Positions 1 through 12,005 of a DNA stretch of 51,060 nt are shown one piece after another. Source of the DNA: Chiloscyllium plagiosum (Eukaryota). Under the pieces are notes generated by a model. That model had not been told where the DNA came from, made no database searches, and saw nothing but the letters and a program-made list of their open reading frames with translations. How positions within the stretch are numbered: the stretch's first letter is position 1; every line of letters starts with the position of its first letter. The position numbers were made by a program, and so were the translations under genes. The stretch covers positions 696,181 to 747,240 of the forward strand of contig NC_057750.1 in NCBI RefSeq assembly GCF_004010195.1. Direction: 5' to 3'.

Positions 1-338
1 AATGCAAGTGTGGATCTGATTAATCGGAGACACAATGTATTGTTAATAATTTATGTCGCCTGGGAAACAAATAATTTAAAATAAAACAAATTAAAAAGAT
101 CCTGAAAAGTGAACACAGCAGATTGAAAGGAGAATGACACTTTTTCACTCTGTATGCTGCCAGTCAGCTACTGCTGAAAGGAATCAGGACAAAAGAGTTT
201 AACCAACCTTTAAGACATAAATCTCAATTTTGACTGTTTGGCAATTAATATTATGGTGATTGATAACAGCTCCTCCTCCGACAGCCACACCCTTCAGACA
301 TCTGCCCCTCACTTGACTAACTTTTATCTTTTTTTCAG

Positions 339-376
339 GAATCCTGAAGAAGGGCTTATGCCCGAAACGTCGATTC
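339..376 (+). ncRNA. Minimal type-I hammerhead ribozyme motif (PLE family 1)
   Basis: GAATC-CTGAAGA-A-GGGC-TTAT-GCCC-GAAA-C-GTC-GATTC: intact core boxes, 4-bp stem II, 5-bp stem I, palindromic ACGT stem III. Activity not shown. Confidence 0.7.
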
Positions 377-468
377 TCCTGCTCCTCGGATGCTGCCTGA
401 CCTGCTGTGCTTTTCCAGCAACACATTTTTCAGCTCTGATCGCCAGCATCTGCAGTCCTCACTTTCTC
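339..468 (+). mobile_element. Penelope-like element terminal fragment (family 1) with TSD
   Basis: Same sequence family as the 3' flank of the GIY-YIG ORF at 21253-21651. Flanked by ctaacttttatc(t)ncag at 317-338 and 469-487. Confidence 0.85.
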
Positions 469-1004
469 CTAACTTTTATCTTTTCAGCTTCACCTCTTGT
501 TTTCAATCAGTGTATGTCTGCCGTGTGCATATTTCTTCTGTAGCCACGAATAAACCTGCTCTTATTGTTAATTGAAGAAAGCCTCGTTAAGTTGGCTCCT
601 TTTAAAACATAACTTCATTTGAACCTGGAAGAAAGATGTACACAAGGGGAGGGCTCCTTTTAAGTTAATCTTATTGCAACCAACCGAGTGGATGAGTAAA
701 TAACCAGGGGATGCAGTTTTTCCCTCCTCACTCGGGGACTCTACAGTATGAGCTATCCCATTTGTAGCTGTAGCTAATTGTGTGGGAGAGTGGGACTCAG
801 GTACAGACTCAATGGGTGAAGGGCCCCTCCTGTGGTTCTATGATTTTATTAATTTGGGGAATATCACCCAGAGAATGGCTGTAACACAAGGAACAAAATA
901 GGTTCAATTCTAGTGTGATTCCATAGCGGGAGAGCCATCACTGGTTCAATGCAACTGAGAATGAGAAGTGATTGAGGTCTTAAATTGACTAAGTACCCCC
1001 AGCA

Positions 1005-1225
1005 ATGAAGGTAAAGTCACCATAGTCTTCCCAGACCATAGGGATGCTCTCTCATTAGAGAGACAGAGAGAGAGAGAGATGACTGGTGGTGGTTTAACCT
1101 AAGGGTCATCACGCACCAGGTGAGGAGAGAGTTAGAGAAGGAGAGTCCTTCAGGATAACCTCAGCTGGTGCAGGAATCAAACCCACCCTGTTGGTATTAT
1201 TTTGCATTGAAACTGAACTAACTAA
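1005..1225 (-). mobile_element. tRNA-derived SINE (family B)
   Basis: Reverse-complement match to 12911-13125 (ccctcaggttaaaccaccacc core, tctctctaatgag). Internal (GA)n expansion. Confidence 0.75.
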
Positions 1226-1254
1226 TAACCAGTAACCAAGCAATTCGATATCAC

Positions 1255-1345
1255 TGCAACAGATTACGTGATCATTATCAGTTTGTTTGTAGATCTTGTC
1301 ATGTGCAAACTCACTGCCACGTTTTCCACATTACACCTGCAGCTC
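1255..1345 (+). mobile_element. Deu-domain SINE (SacSINE1-like) remnant
   Basis: cagatta..tcattatca..tgtttgt..gatcttg..tgtgcaaa..ctgccacgtttt..acattaca resembles the recalled DeuSINE 3' region. Confidence 0.55.
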
Positions 1346-1962
1346 GGAGACGTTGCAGAAACGAAAGGTTTCTCTCTTATTGCTGTAGCCTGCTGGCAGG
1401 GCACTGCAATCTGAGGGCGAAAAAAATAGGCTACAATAAGGGATACTGTGACACTGAAAGGCCTGCCCCTGCCTCTGCCTCTGAAACTGTTGCTGCTGTC
1501 CCACGGCCTGAGATGTGATATTCCACCTCCAGTCGAAGGAAAGATGGAGCAGGTACAATCCTGGCACAAGATGTGGGCCCCATCTACTCCCCATCCCATG
1601 GAACCTCCGAGAAATCTCATCCTGTCAGTACCTTGGACTGAATAAGGTTCTTTCAATTACCCCTGACATTTGGGCTTAGTCTCTCCTGCTTGTGTTACTG
1701 CAGCAGCAGCCACTGTCAATCTGATATGTAAACGCTCTGCTTTGAACCCAGGAAAACCAGTCAACCCATGTTGAATAAACTCACAGAGGGTGAAGCTAAA
1801 CCAGTAACAAAGCTCTTTAACCAAAGAATTAACACTTGCTGATACATTATCAAGTGATTTTGAGGGGAGTAAATCTCCTTTTAATTACAGAGATTTCTGG
1901 TCCGTGTCCCTTTACAGTTTCATTCTATGTAGAAGTAAGAATGGGTATGTTAAACACTTACA

Positions 1963-2400
1963 GTCACAGAGTCATCCAGCACAGAAACAGGCCCTTCAGT
2001 CCAACCAGTCCATGCTGACCATGTTCCCAAACTAAACTAGTCCCACCTGCGTGCTCCTGCCCCATATCCCTCCAAAGTTTTCCTATTTGTGAACTTATCC
2101 AAATGTCTTTTAAATGTTGTAACTGTGCCTTCATCCACCACTTCCTCAGAAAATTCATTCCACACATGAGCCACCCTCTGCACAAACAAATTGCCCCTTA
2201 TTTATTTTTAAAATCTTGTTCCTCTCAACCTAAAACTATGTCCCCAAGTCTTGAAGTCCCCCACCCTAGGGAAAAGACACCTGCCATTCATCTTATCAAT
2301 AACCCTCATTATTTTATAAGGTTATCCCTACACTCCAGTAAAGAAAGTCCCAGCCAATCTAGCCTCTCCTTATAACCCAAGCGCTCTATCCCTGGCAAAT
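1963..2400 (-). mobile_element. CR1/HER1-type LINE 3' fragment
   Basis: Typical tail (acagaaacaggcccttcagtccaacc...) and decayed ORF2 C-terminus. Homologous to 22692, 44900 and 48305. Confidence 0.9.
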
Positions 2401-2410
2401 CTCTTCTGAA

Positions 2411-2630
2411 GGAGACAGTGAGGACTGCAGATGCTTGAGATCAGAGTTGAGAGTGCGTTGCCGGAAAAGCACAGCAAGTCAGGCAGCATCTGAGGAGGAG
2501 GAAAGTCAACATTTCCAGCGTAAACTCTTCAACATTCCTGATGAAGGGCTCCTGCCCGAAACGTCGATTCTCATGCTCCTCGAATGCTGCCTGACCAGCT
2601 GTGTTTTTTCAGCACCACACGTTTTGACTG
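2411..2630. mobile_element. PLE family 1 foldback fragment with hammerhead motif at 2534-2569 (+)
   Basis: Left arm is the reverse complement of the right arm. CTGATGA-A-GGGC-TCCT-GCCC-GAAACGTC lies just right of the junction. Confidence 0.8.
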
Positions 2631-2689
2631 CAACTTCTCACTAGTTGGAAGGAAGGATCTGTTTCCATGTTATACATCTCTATGACTAT

Positions 2690-3090
2690 GATTATGTCCC
2701 TCCAACCTATTACCAATTAAACATTTGTCTAACTCCTCCTTAAATTTACGCATTGCCTCGCATCCAGCTTAATAATATCTTTCCTATAACAAGGAGAAGA
2801 GAACTGGACACAGTAATCCAGCTGAAGCCTCATCAATGTCCTGTACAGTCTCAGCTTGACATCCCAACTCCTATACTCAATGATCTGAACAATGAAGGCA
2901 AGTGTGCTAAACGCCTTCTTCACCTCCCTGTCTATATCTGACACACACTTCAAAGAATTATGTCCCTGAAACTCTAGGTCTTTCTGTTCTACCACCCAAC
3001 CCAAGGCCCTACTTTTAATTATATAAGTCCTGCCCTTGTTTGTTTTATCAAAGTGCAATACCTCATATTTATCCAAATTAAACTCCATAC
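2690..3090 (-). mobile_element. CR1 LINE ORF2 (RT C-terminal) remnant
   Basis: ORF 2729-3088: MEFNLDKYEVLHF...LYRTLMRLQLDYCVQFSSP, CR1 thumb-region motifs. Confidence 0.9.
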
Positions 3091-3666
3091 TTCGCCATTC
3101 TGGAATTCAAAATTTTGTTCTGAGAGTGAAATGTTGTGGGAGCCACTTACCTTGATTGTGGGAACTTATGAGTCACTGGATTTTACAGTGTAGATCCCTG
3201 GGAACCCAATGAAGCCAGTCAGAAACTCTCGCTTCCTCTATTACTGACGGAGATTCTAAACCAGGAGGTAATTCAAAAATCCCTTTTGGCCATCAGTTTG
3301 ATGTTTTAAGAGGCAGAACATTTCTGGAAATAAATAGCACAGATAACTGCATCTTGCTTAGTCTCCTCCTCTCAAACCCCTTTCATCAGTACCTTCCAGC
3401 AGCTATTGGCTAAATTAGTTTTACAGACGTTAAAAAGATTGCACAGAAATAGATGATAATGTTTGATGTCGCAAAGCCTGAGAAGGATATTCCAGTTTGA
3501 AGTAAACATAACCAAATTAAACTGAAACTCACCACCCGAGTACTCGCTCCCATTTCTCCAACACTTCAAACTGATTTAAACTTTGTGGTTAATTTCTTTC
3601 ATATCCTGGCTCTTCTGCACCCTGTACTTAGCTTACTAATTGATTTCAAACACTTCAAACAAATTA

Positions 3667-4350
3667 TAGAGTCATGATCCTAGAGCATGGACACAGACCC
3701 TTCGGTCCAACTCATCCATGCTGACCAAATTTCCCAAACTAAACTAGCCCCATTTGCCTGCATTTGGTCCATATCCCTTCAAACCTTTTCTATCCATGTA
3801 CCTGTCCAAATATCTTTTAACTGTTGTAACTGTACTTACATCTATCACTTCCACTGACGCAGCATCCTCTACAGGAAAACATTGCCCCTCGGGCCCCTTT
3901 TAAATCTTTCCCTCTCACATTAAAATTATGCCATCTAGAGAAATGACCTTAGCAATTCACTTTATAAACTCCTACAGAATCACCCCTCAGCTTCCGATGC
4001 TCCAGGGAAAAATGCCCCAGCCTATCCTGTCTATCTTTATAACTCAAACCCACCAGTTACAGGTGCATCCTTATAAATATTTTCTGCACCCTTTCCAATT
4101 TAATAGTATCTTTCCTGTTGCAGGACAATCAGAACTGTACGCACTATTCTAAAAGTGGCCTCACCAATGTCCCGTACAGCCACAACATGACCTCCCAACG
4201 TCTATGCTCAATTCTCTGACCAATGAAGGCAAGCATACCAAGCACCTTCGTCACCACCTTGTCTACCTGTGTTGCTCCTTTCAACGAACTATGTACTTGA
4301 ATCCCTAGGTCTCTATTCAACAAACCCCCCCAGGGCCCAACCATTAACTG
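3667..4350 (-). mobile_element. CR1 LINE 3' fragment
   Basis: ORF 4144-4344: RDLGIQVHSSLK...LYGTLVRPLLE, plus the CR1 tail at 3667-3760. Confidence 0.9.
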
Positions 4351-4581
4351 TAAAAATAGTTCATCATTTGTCCTGTTTCCTTTTTCTTGGTTTCTACACT
4401 CAGAGTGAGAGAGACCCTTACCTAGAATGCAGGGTTGACTAGTGGACTAGTACATATAAGTACTTCTGCCAATTAGCACATACAGACCAGATTTAGAAAT
4501 GACTCCTAATCCCTGATCTTGTGTACTCTTGAAAGGGGAAAGCAGAAAATTTTGTTCTCATCCAGATTGGTGCCTTTCTTA

Positions 4582-4860
4582 GGAGTGGCACAGTGGCTCA
4601 GTGGCTAGCATTGCTGCTTCACAGCACCAAGGACCCGGTTTGATTCCAGCCTCAGGCAACTGTCTGTGTGGCGTTTGCACATTCTCCCCATGTCTGTGGG
4701 GGTTTTCTCCCACAATCCAAAGATGTGCAGGTTAGGTGGATTGGCCATGGGAAAAATGCAGGACTATAGGTTAAGAGAGTGGATATTGGTAGGAAGCTCT
4801 TTGGAGGGTTGGTGTGGACTTGATGAGTCAAATGATCTGCTTCCACACTGTAGAGATGCT
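4582..4860 (+). mobile_element. HE1-type V-SINE
   Basis: tRNA-like head (gtggctcagtggctagca, B-box ggtttgattcc), V-domain tttgcacattctcccc, tail ttccacactgtag. Confidence 0.9.
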
Positions 4861-5242
4861 CCCATCATTCTGGCAGTTCATGATACTCATGGGAGCTTTT
4901 ACTGTATTTCTCCATTTGAAGCTTTCTTGATATCGTTACATGTAACATTCTAGTATTACTGTTGATGCAACCATGAAAATTGCATCCGCAATTATCTTTT
5001 GGCTTTATCTCCTCATTTTTTAAAAAATCATGTCATAATTGAGGTTTCAATATGTCCTGGGGTTACAATCTGTGCTCATGATATTTTTACAAACAGACGT
5101 ATATGAAACGCACTCTGAGTTGTATCTACAATACTTCCTTATTCAAGTGGAAGGGGAGGGTGTTAGATACATTGACTCCATGGGTGAACGTTCAGGGCAG
5201 TTTTGGCCAGAGACAGTCTTTTGAATGGTTTATCAATCAGGA

Positions 5243-6245
5243 ATGTGTGTGTGTGCACGTATGCATGTGTGTGTGTGTGTGAATGTGTATGTGTGTGTGA
5301 GAGAATCTGTATGTGTGTGTGAGAGTGCATGTGAAATAGAGTGTGTATGTGTATGTTTGTGAGTATGTGTTTGTGTGCGCGGGAGTGTGAAAGTGCATGT
5401 GTGTGTGTATATATGTGAGAGAGAGACAGACAGTGTTTGTATGTGTGTGTGAGTGTATGTGTGTGTGCGTGAGAGAGCATGTATGAGTGTGTGTCTGGAT
5501 GTGTGCATGTGAGAAAGTGAGTGTGCATGAGTCTGAGTGTGAATGTGTGACTGTATGAGTGTGAATATATGTGTGTGTGTGTACGAGAGTGTGTATGTGA
5601 AAGAGTGCATGTGTGTGCGTGTGAAAGTGCATGTGTGAGAGAGAGAGAGTGTGTGTGTGTGCCTGTGTATATGAGAGAGTGTGTGAGTGAATGTGGTGTA
5701 CGTGTGTTTGTGTGAGAGAGAGACTGTGTCTGCGTGTGTAGCTATGAGTGTGTATGAATGAGAGAGAGTGTGTGTGTGAGAGAGAGAGGGTGTGCGTTTA
5801 TATGAGAANNNNNNNNNNNNNNNNNNNNNNNNNNNNNNNNNNNNNNNNNNNNNNNNNNNNNNNNNNNNNNNNNNNNNNNNNNNNNNNNNNNNNNNNNNNN
5901 NNNNNNNNNNNNNNNNNNNNNNNNNNNNNNNNNNNNNNNNNNNNNNNNNNNNNNNNNNNNNNNNNNNNNNNNNNNNNNNNNNNNNNNNNNNNNNNNNNNN
6001 NNNNNNNNNNNNNNNNNNNNNNNNNNNNNNNNNNNNNNNNNNNNNNNNNNNNNNNNNNNNNNNNNNNNNNNNNNNNNNNNNNNNNNNNNNNNNNNNNNNN
6101 NNNNNNNNNNNNNNNNNNNNNNNNNNNNNNNNAGAGAGAGTATGTGTGTGAGACAGAGTGTGTGTGTGTGTGTGAGAGAGACAGACAGAGAGAGTATGTG
6201 TGTGAGACAGAGTGTGTCTGTGTGTTTGTGTCTGTGTGTGTGAAT
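5243..6245. repeat. Degenerate (GT)n/(GA)n microsatellite spanning an assembly gap
   Basis: Dinucleotide low-complexity tract, with N gap at 5809-6132. Confidence 0.95.
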
Positions 6246-7584
6246 GTTGGTCCAGCCAGTGATGCCCTCATCCCATGAATGAATAAAACAAATTTCTAAA
6301 CTCCAGTGAATGTTGCCCTAACCAATTCAATCCATGCATCAGTCCAGCCACTCCAGGAATCAGTCTGGTAAATCTTTGTTGCACTCCCTCCATCACCACA
6401 ACATCATTCCTCAGAAGGGGAGAACCAAAACTGTACAGAATATTCCAACCGTGTTCTCAATAAGTCCCCAGATAAATCAGCAATGTCAGCTACATGCTTC
6501 TCATTAGTGCACAGCAGATGGGTTGCTCACTGTTAAGATTAATTCATGAAGAATGGTCCACAGGCGAAGATCAGGTAGGTGGGTGAGATTCATATCAAGG
6601 TAGGATTCAGAGAGAAAGAGACAAAATTGGACTGAAGCTGGTTCTTAGTTTAAGGATTACATTGAGGTAGAACATTAGATTGGCCAAGACCATTAACAAT
6701 GAGAACTTTGGTAAGTTTGTTGCCTTTTTGATGCAGGGCAATCTTACGTTGAGTTAAATTCAGTGTAATGTATATCACCAGAGACCTGTAGTGTTGAAAT
6801 TAAACTAATTTATAAACTATAATAGGTTTTAGTTGTGACATTGTAATTTATGGGAACATGAAATTTCACAAAGTGTTATAGCAAACTAATTGGAGGATCA
6901 ATTTTAGTCTGGAACAAATAATTGGTGGTTTGTGTTGGGGGGAATGTGAACAAGATTTCGCTTTCCTTGTCAGGGCTAGTGGCAATCCATTATCTCGGTG
7001 TGGTTTTACAGTAATTTATTCATCACCTCTTAGGCAAATTCCAGTTGAATGGATGAATATTTAAATTCAACTATTATAAGGGATTGGGGATTAATGGAAA
7101 AGCGGGAGGGAGTACAAACCTTCAGAAAAAAAAACACAAAAATGATGCTGGTTTAATTTTGCGGCAATGTTCTCTTCCCGCCAAGGGAAGTTGGACGTAC
7201 TGCTCCCTTCTTCACACTGAGCTATATCTTCAATCACTTGAACATTGTTAAAGGTCAGTTTGAGAACTGATCCAACAGCTTGCAGGCTGAGAAAATCATA
7301 ATGTCCCCTGACAGACAAAGATGAGAGTCAAGACATTGTAGAAGGCATTTTAAATTGAACATGAGGATGGGGTTGTATAGGTATCTGAATAGGGTTTTGA
7401 ATGAACCTAATGTGCTTTCATGTCATAGTGTAACTGGATATAACAATACAACACGTCTTAATACAAGTGAGTCGATATCCGAGTCAGTGTCTATGGACGA
7501 ATTTGCGACAGGAGCAGCAGGAACTGGAATTGTAGTCACGTACCTCTGTTGAAAGACCAATGAGCTTCCGTACCAACATAAAAA

Positions 7585-8430
7585 GCTAAATATTGTGCAG
7601 GCTGGAGATTTGAAATAATAACAGAAATTGCTGGAGAAACTCAACAGGTCTGTGGAGAGTGTGTTATGGACCAGGCAATACCCCCTCAGAACATTTCAGG
7701 AAAGTAGCCCAGACCCTAACTTTGCTCGTTGTTTTAAGCAGGTGTAGAGTGGATATTCCAGGAGTGATGCTGCTGGCCCAACCACTCAGTTTTAAACAAA
7801 ACAATATTTATTTATGAGATTACCAAATGAAACACAAATGACAGAAAACAAAAAAAAATAACTTAAAATCTCCGAAAACCCAACAGATCATCCCAACTGA
7901 ATGATGCTGTTCCAAATACTTGCAACAATCCCCATAAACACCCCATCGCACAAAAGGGAAAATCAAACACAGGGTCTTCCAGGAGAGAAGTCAGAGAGAG
8001 AGGACCAGCCTGGACCTGCTGCTTTGGGTCCAGCAGCATTTCTTCACACTACCTGCTAAAACCAAACCAAACCAGAGAAAAGCTGAGCTGGGAGAACTGG
8101 CCACTCCCCTTTCATCGTACAAGTGTTTGTTTTTAAACTTGAAAGCATTCTACCTGAGGCAGTATCTGTTAGCTATTATCAAACTGGCCCTAACACCCTT
8201 CACCTCCAGACTTTTTTGAATCTGTGTCATTTATGACCTGTCTGAAAGAAAAAGCCAAGGACCACCACAACCTTGTTAAAGGAGCAGCTTCATCACAGAG
8301 AGAAACAGAGTTAATACTTTGAGTCAAATTTGAAAGTTCCAAAGACCAGAATCATAACATTAACACTGTTTCTCTCTGTCCACAGAGGCTGCCAGACCTG
8401 CTGAGTTTTTCCAGCACTTTCTCTTTGCAT
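7585..8430. mobile_element. PLE family 3 foldback fragment split by an LTR
   Basis: acagaaattgctggagaaactca..caggtctgtggagag (to 7659) resumes as gagagaaacagagttaa at 8298, followed by the inverted arm. Confidence 0.75.
7660..8297 (-). mobile_element. Probable solo LTR (~636 bp)
   Basis: TG...CA termini (tgttatg...catcaca), 5-bp TSD gagag, interrupts a PLE fragment, non-coding, AATAAA on the minus strand near 7810. The start may be 7660 or 7662. Confidence 0.7.
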
Positions 8431-8872
8431 TCTTGAGTGTCAAACATTGACTTCACCTTATTCCTGTTTTTGGGCAAGAGAGAATTGTAACAATGTAAAA
8501 ATATCTGAAATGGATTAAAAGGTGTGACATTGAAAATGTATAGGTACAATGGTAAAGAAAGTTTTAGTATCTCGTTCAGGTAGTTCAGGAAAATCTTGTA
8601 TTAATCTCTGGGAATGAATTGGTGACAATATGTTAGTCAGCTGTAAGACAGGCAATGGAGAGCCGTAGAATTTAAAATAAGGACCTTCGGCCCATCATGC
8701 CTGTGCTAGCTGTTTCAAAGAGACTGCCAATTAACTACTGCTGCTTGTTCATAGCCGGACAGCGTTCCCAATTCCGCTTTGAACATTTGTTTAAATTTGC
8801 TTCACTCATCCTTAATGATCGTGCAGCCTGCCTCATAAACTCATTACTTTCATATTCTAATCAAGACTATTC

Positions 8873-9180
8873 ATGCCACAGTGGCTCATGGTTAGCACTG
8901 CTGCCTCCCAGCACCAGGGACCCTGGTTCAATTCCCGCCTCAGGCGACTGACGGTGTGGAGTTTGCACATTCTCCCCGTGTCTGCGTGGGTTTCCTCCGG
9001 GTGCTCCGGTTTCCTCCCACAGTTCAAAGATGTGCAGGTTAGGTGAATTGGCCATGCTAAATTGCCCGTAGTGTTCAGTGGATTAGTCAGGGGTAAATAT
9101 AGGGGGAGGGTTTCTCTTTGGAGGGTTGGTGTGGGCTAGTTGGGCTGAAGGGCCTGTTTCCACACTGTAGGTAATTGAAT
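8873..9180 (+). mobile_element. HE1-type V-SINE
   Basis: ggttagcactgctgcctc, ggttcaattcccgcctcaggcgactg, V-domain, gggcctgtttccacactgtag tail. Confidence 0.92.
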
Positions 9181-9385
9181 AAAATCTCTCCTGGTCAGTT
9201 CCCACCTTCCTCACTTGGATAAATATTGCCTATCCATTTGCTTTAATGTCTTTCAGTCTGACCAGCTCAGTGATGTCAACTCTGGTCCCTGAAAAGCATA
9301 GCTAGTGGATTCAGGGCTACGTGTGAATTCGGGTCAGACACTGAGTCCCATGCAATGTCACTGCAACCAGTTCAGCAACAATCCT

Positions 9386-10035
9386 GCAGCACTGACCCTC
9401 CGACCGTGCAGCACTTTCTCAGGACTTATCCTCCGACAGTACCCACTCCCTCAGCACTGACCCACTGACAGTGCAGCACTTTCTCAGCACTGACCATCCG
9501 ACAGTGCAGCGCTCCCTCAGCGCTGACCCTCCAACAGTGTAGCACTCCCTCAGCACTGACGCTCTGACAGTGTGGCGCTCCCTCAGCACTGACCCCCTGA
9601 CAGTGCGGCACTCCCTCAATACTGACCCTCTGACAGTGCGATGCTCCCTCAGCACTGACCCTCCGACAGTGCGGCGCTCCCTCAGCATTGACCCTCTGAC
9701 AGTGCAGCACTTCCTCAGCACTGACCCTCCAACAGTGCGGTACTCCCTCAATACTGACCCTCTGACAGTGCGGCACTTCCTCAGCACTGACTCACTGACA
9801 GTGCAGCACTCCCTCAGCACTGACCCTCTGACAGTGCAGCACTCCCTCAGCCCTGACCATCTGACAGCGCGACAATCTCTCAGTACTGACCCTCCAACAT
9901 TGCTGCACTCCCTCAGCACTAGCCCCTGACAGTGCAGCACTCCCTCAGCACTGACCCTCCAACAGTGCAGCACTCCCTCAGTACTGACCCTCCAACAGTG
10001 CAGCACTCCCTCAGCACTGACCCTCCAACAGTGCA
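9386..10035. repeat. 33-bp minisatellite, about 19-20 units
   Basis: Unit cagcactgaccctccgacagtgcggcactccct, directly visible. Confidence 0.95.
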
Positions 10036-10964
10036 TTGCACTGTCTGTACTTCACTGCATGTCTCTGCCTTTAATGAAGACTCTGGAAAGGAAATTAAAC
10101 CATTAACGTTGACACGAGGTAAAATATTGAGTCAAGTCCAACCTTTCATTAATGGAAATTCTTCACCGATGAACATGCTGTCACTGGGCACAGTGAGAAC
10201 AGAAGAAATTGCAAACGCTAAGCTTTTGATGTGAGGTTAGTGACTGTGGGTCAATGGATACTGGTGCTGCACTCATCTGCTTCATTTCAGCACAGAGTGA
10301 GCCCAGGGATGTGGAGACTCTAATGTCAATGATCATCATGAGCCCCTTAGGGATATGCTATAACCTGCATTTTCATTAAAAGCTTTTACCATGCAGTGGC
10401 TACCACAATAATCTTACCTCCGTTCCTGCAAGGGAATGTATTCACAAATTGCACAGCTGACTATTCTCAGAAGATTAGCAAAAGACAGAAGAAATGGAAA
10501 TATAGAAAGGGTTGAATGGTGGAAAAATAAAATGATGCAAAAAGGAAAATCAATAGAGAGAAGAGCAAATGAACACATTAATAACAGTGGTTGCACGTTA
10601 TAGCTCTGTTCATGTTTGACCAGTTCTGGGCCATTGTTTTCATGTGTACACTTCCAACGAGTGTTTCTCTCTCACGTTTATATCAATGAATCATAATCAT
10701 TAAAACATTATAAATGCAATAAATCGTTTGGAATATTGTGAGCGTTGTGAATTCCTGTAACCAATGCACTGAGACAGATCCCTTTCCTTGGCCATCTTTA
10801 TATTTTTAAATTGAGGCAACAAAGATCTCACAAATCCTGAATTTTCCCAATATTGAAGGCTCTGGATTTTATGAAGCATAGTTGATGATCTATTTGCTGT
10901 ACTTGGTTCCCACATTGTGCTGTGAATCCACTATTTACAGTGTCGAATATAATTCCAGACCCAC

Positions 10965-11052
10965 AACAATTTAAATGCCCTCTGGGCAATTAGGGACGTG
11001 CAATAATGCTGGGGTAGCCAGCAGAGCCCACATCCTGTGAATGAATAAAAAT
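10965..11052 (+). mobile_element. LINE 3' tail (CR1/L2 group, second family)
   Basis: gggcaattaggg..caataatgctgg..agccagc..gcccacatcctgtgaatgaataaaa. Related tails at 6245-6290 and 12690-12825. Confidence 0.65.
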
Positions 11053-11701
11053 ATAAATGGGAAACAGATTTGGACATTTTTGAATTATGAATTTTGCTTC
11101 ATTTGTTCAGCAAACATCAAATCAAATATTTCACTCATCCTCTGTGCATCCCAAACAGAGACGGTCCCTTTGAGCCCAGCTTGAAAAACAGCTGAAGTTC
11201 TGATATTCAACAAACTAAACCTCACTTTGGTGGTAATTATTTCCCCATTACTTAAATGGAAGTCATAGAAATGGACTGTGATAATTTAGTCTTTGGGGAA
11301 TGAATATTACAGAGGCAGACAGAACAAAATAATGTCGAGTAAGTTAATCTTTGTGTCACAGTGATAAGCCACCATTTGATTAGAGCTTAATGACCTGTAG
11401 AAAAGTCGCTCAGTATCAAAAAGGATATTATTAAGCTCTTGACAGACTTTGAGTGGTATGTTCTATGAAATGCAGCACAGTAATCACAAAGCAATTTTCA
11501 ATTTGTTATCTTAGATTTTTCACACTTTAATCAGTTTTAGGTTGGTTCAGTCAAACTTAGCATGTTAGTTCTGCTCAGTTTGTCTATCTTGTGTCCAGGA
11601 AGGAAGTTTGAGTGTTCAAACGCACATTTGTATTTGGGCATCAGTTGATCAAAATTCCAAGCTAAAACTGAGGTGTTGTCCTTTGCACCTTGGCCTGCAC
11701 T

Positions 11702-12005
11702 GGGTGGCATGGTGGCTCCGTCTGCTAGTACTGTTACCTTACAGTACCAGGGACCCCAGTTCAATTCCAGTTTCAGATTGACAGTCTGTATGGAGTTCGC
11801 ATATTGTCCCTGTGTCTGCGTGGATCTGCTCTGGTTTCCTCCTACAGTCCAAAGATATGCAGATCAGATGATTGGCTATGGGAAATTGCCCATCGTGTTT
11901 GGTGCATTAGCCAGAGGGAAATGGGTCTGGATGGGTTACTCTTTGGAGGGTTGGTGTGGATTTGTTGGGCCAAATGGCCTGTATCCACACTGTAGGGAAT
12001 CTAAT
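11702..12005 (+). mobile_element. HE1-type V-SINE (diverged)
   Basis: Head gggtggcatggtggctc, V-domain, tail ccacactgtagggaatctaatc. Confidence 0.88.

Noticed and set aside
1264..1656. 130-aa ORF and overlapping ORFs
   Set aside because: They overlap a SINE remnant, show no domain similarity, and occur on both strands as expected by chance.
5163..5632. His/Thr-rich ORFs; also 37432-37907
   Set aside because: Translations of (CA)n microsatellite.
7091..7644. Possible exons (GHYDFLSLQ..., RYVTTIPVP...) with acceptor-like sites
   Set aside because: No recognisable protein motif and no consistent multi-exon frame on either strand.
9419..10036. Cys-rich 11-aa repeat ORFs (GGSVLRECRTV, HCRRVSAEGVP); also 42587-44138
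   Set aside because: They are translations of a 33-bp unit open in several frames on both strands, with frame-breaking deletion variants.
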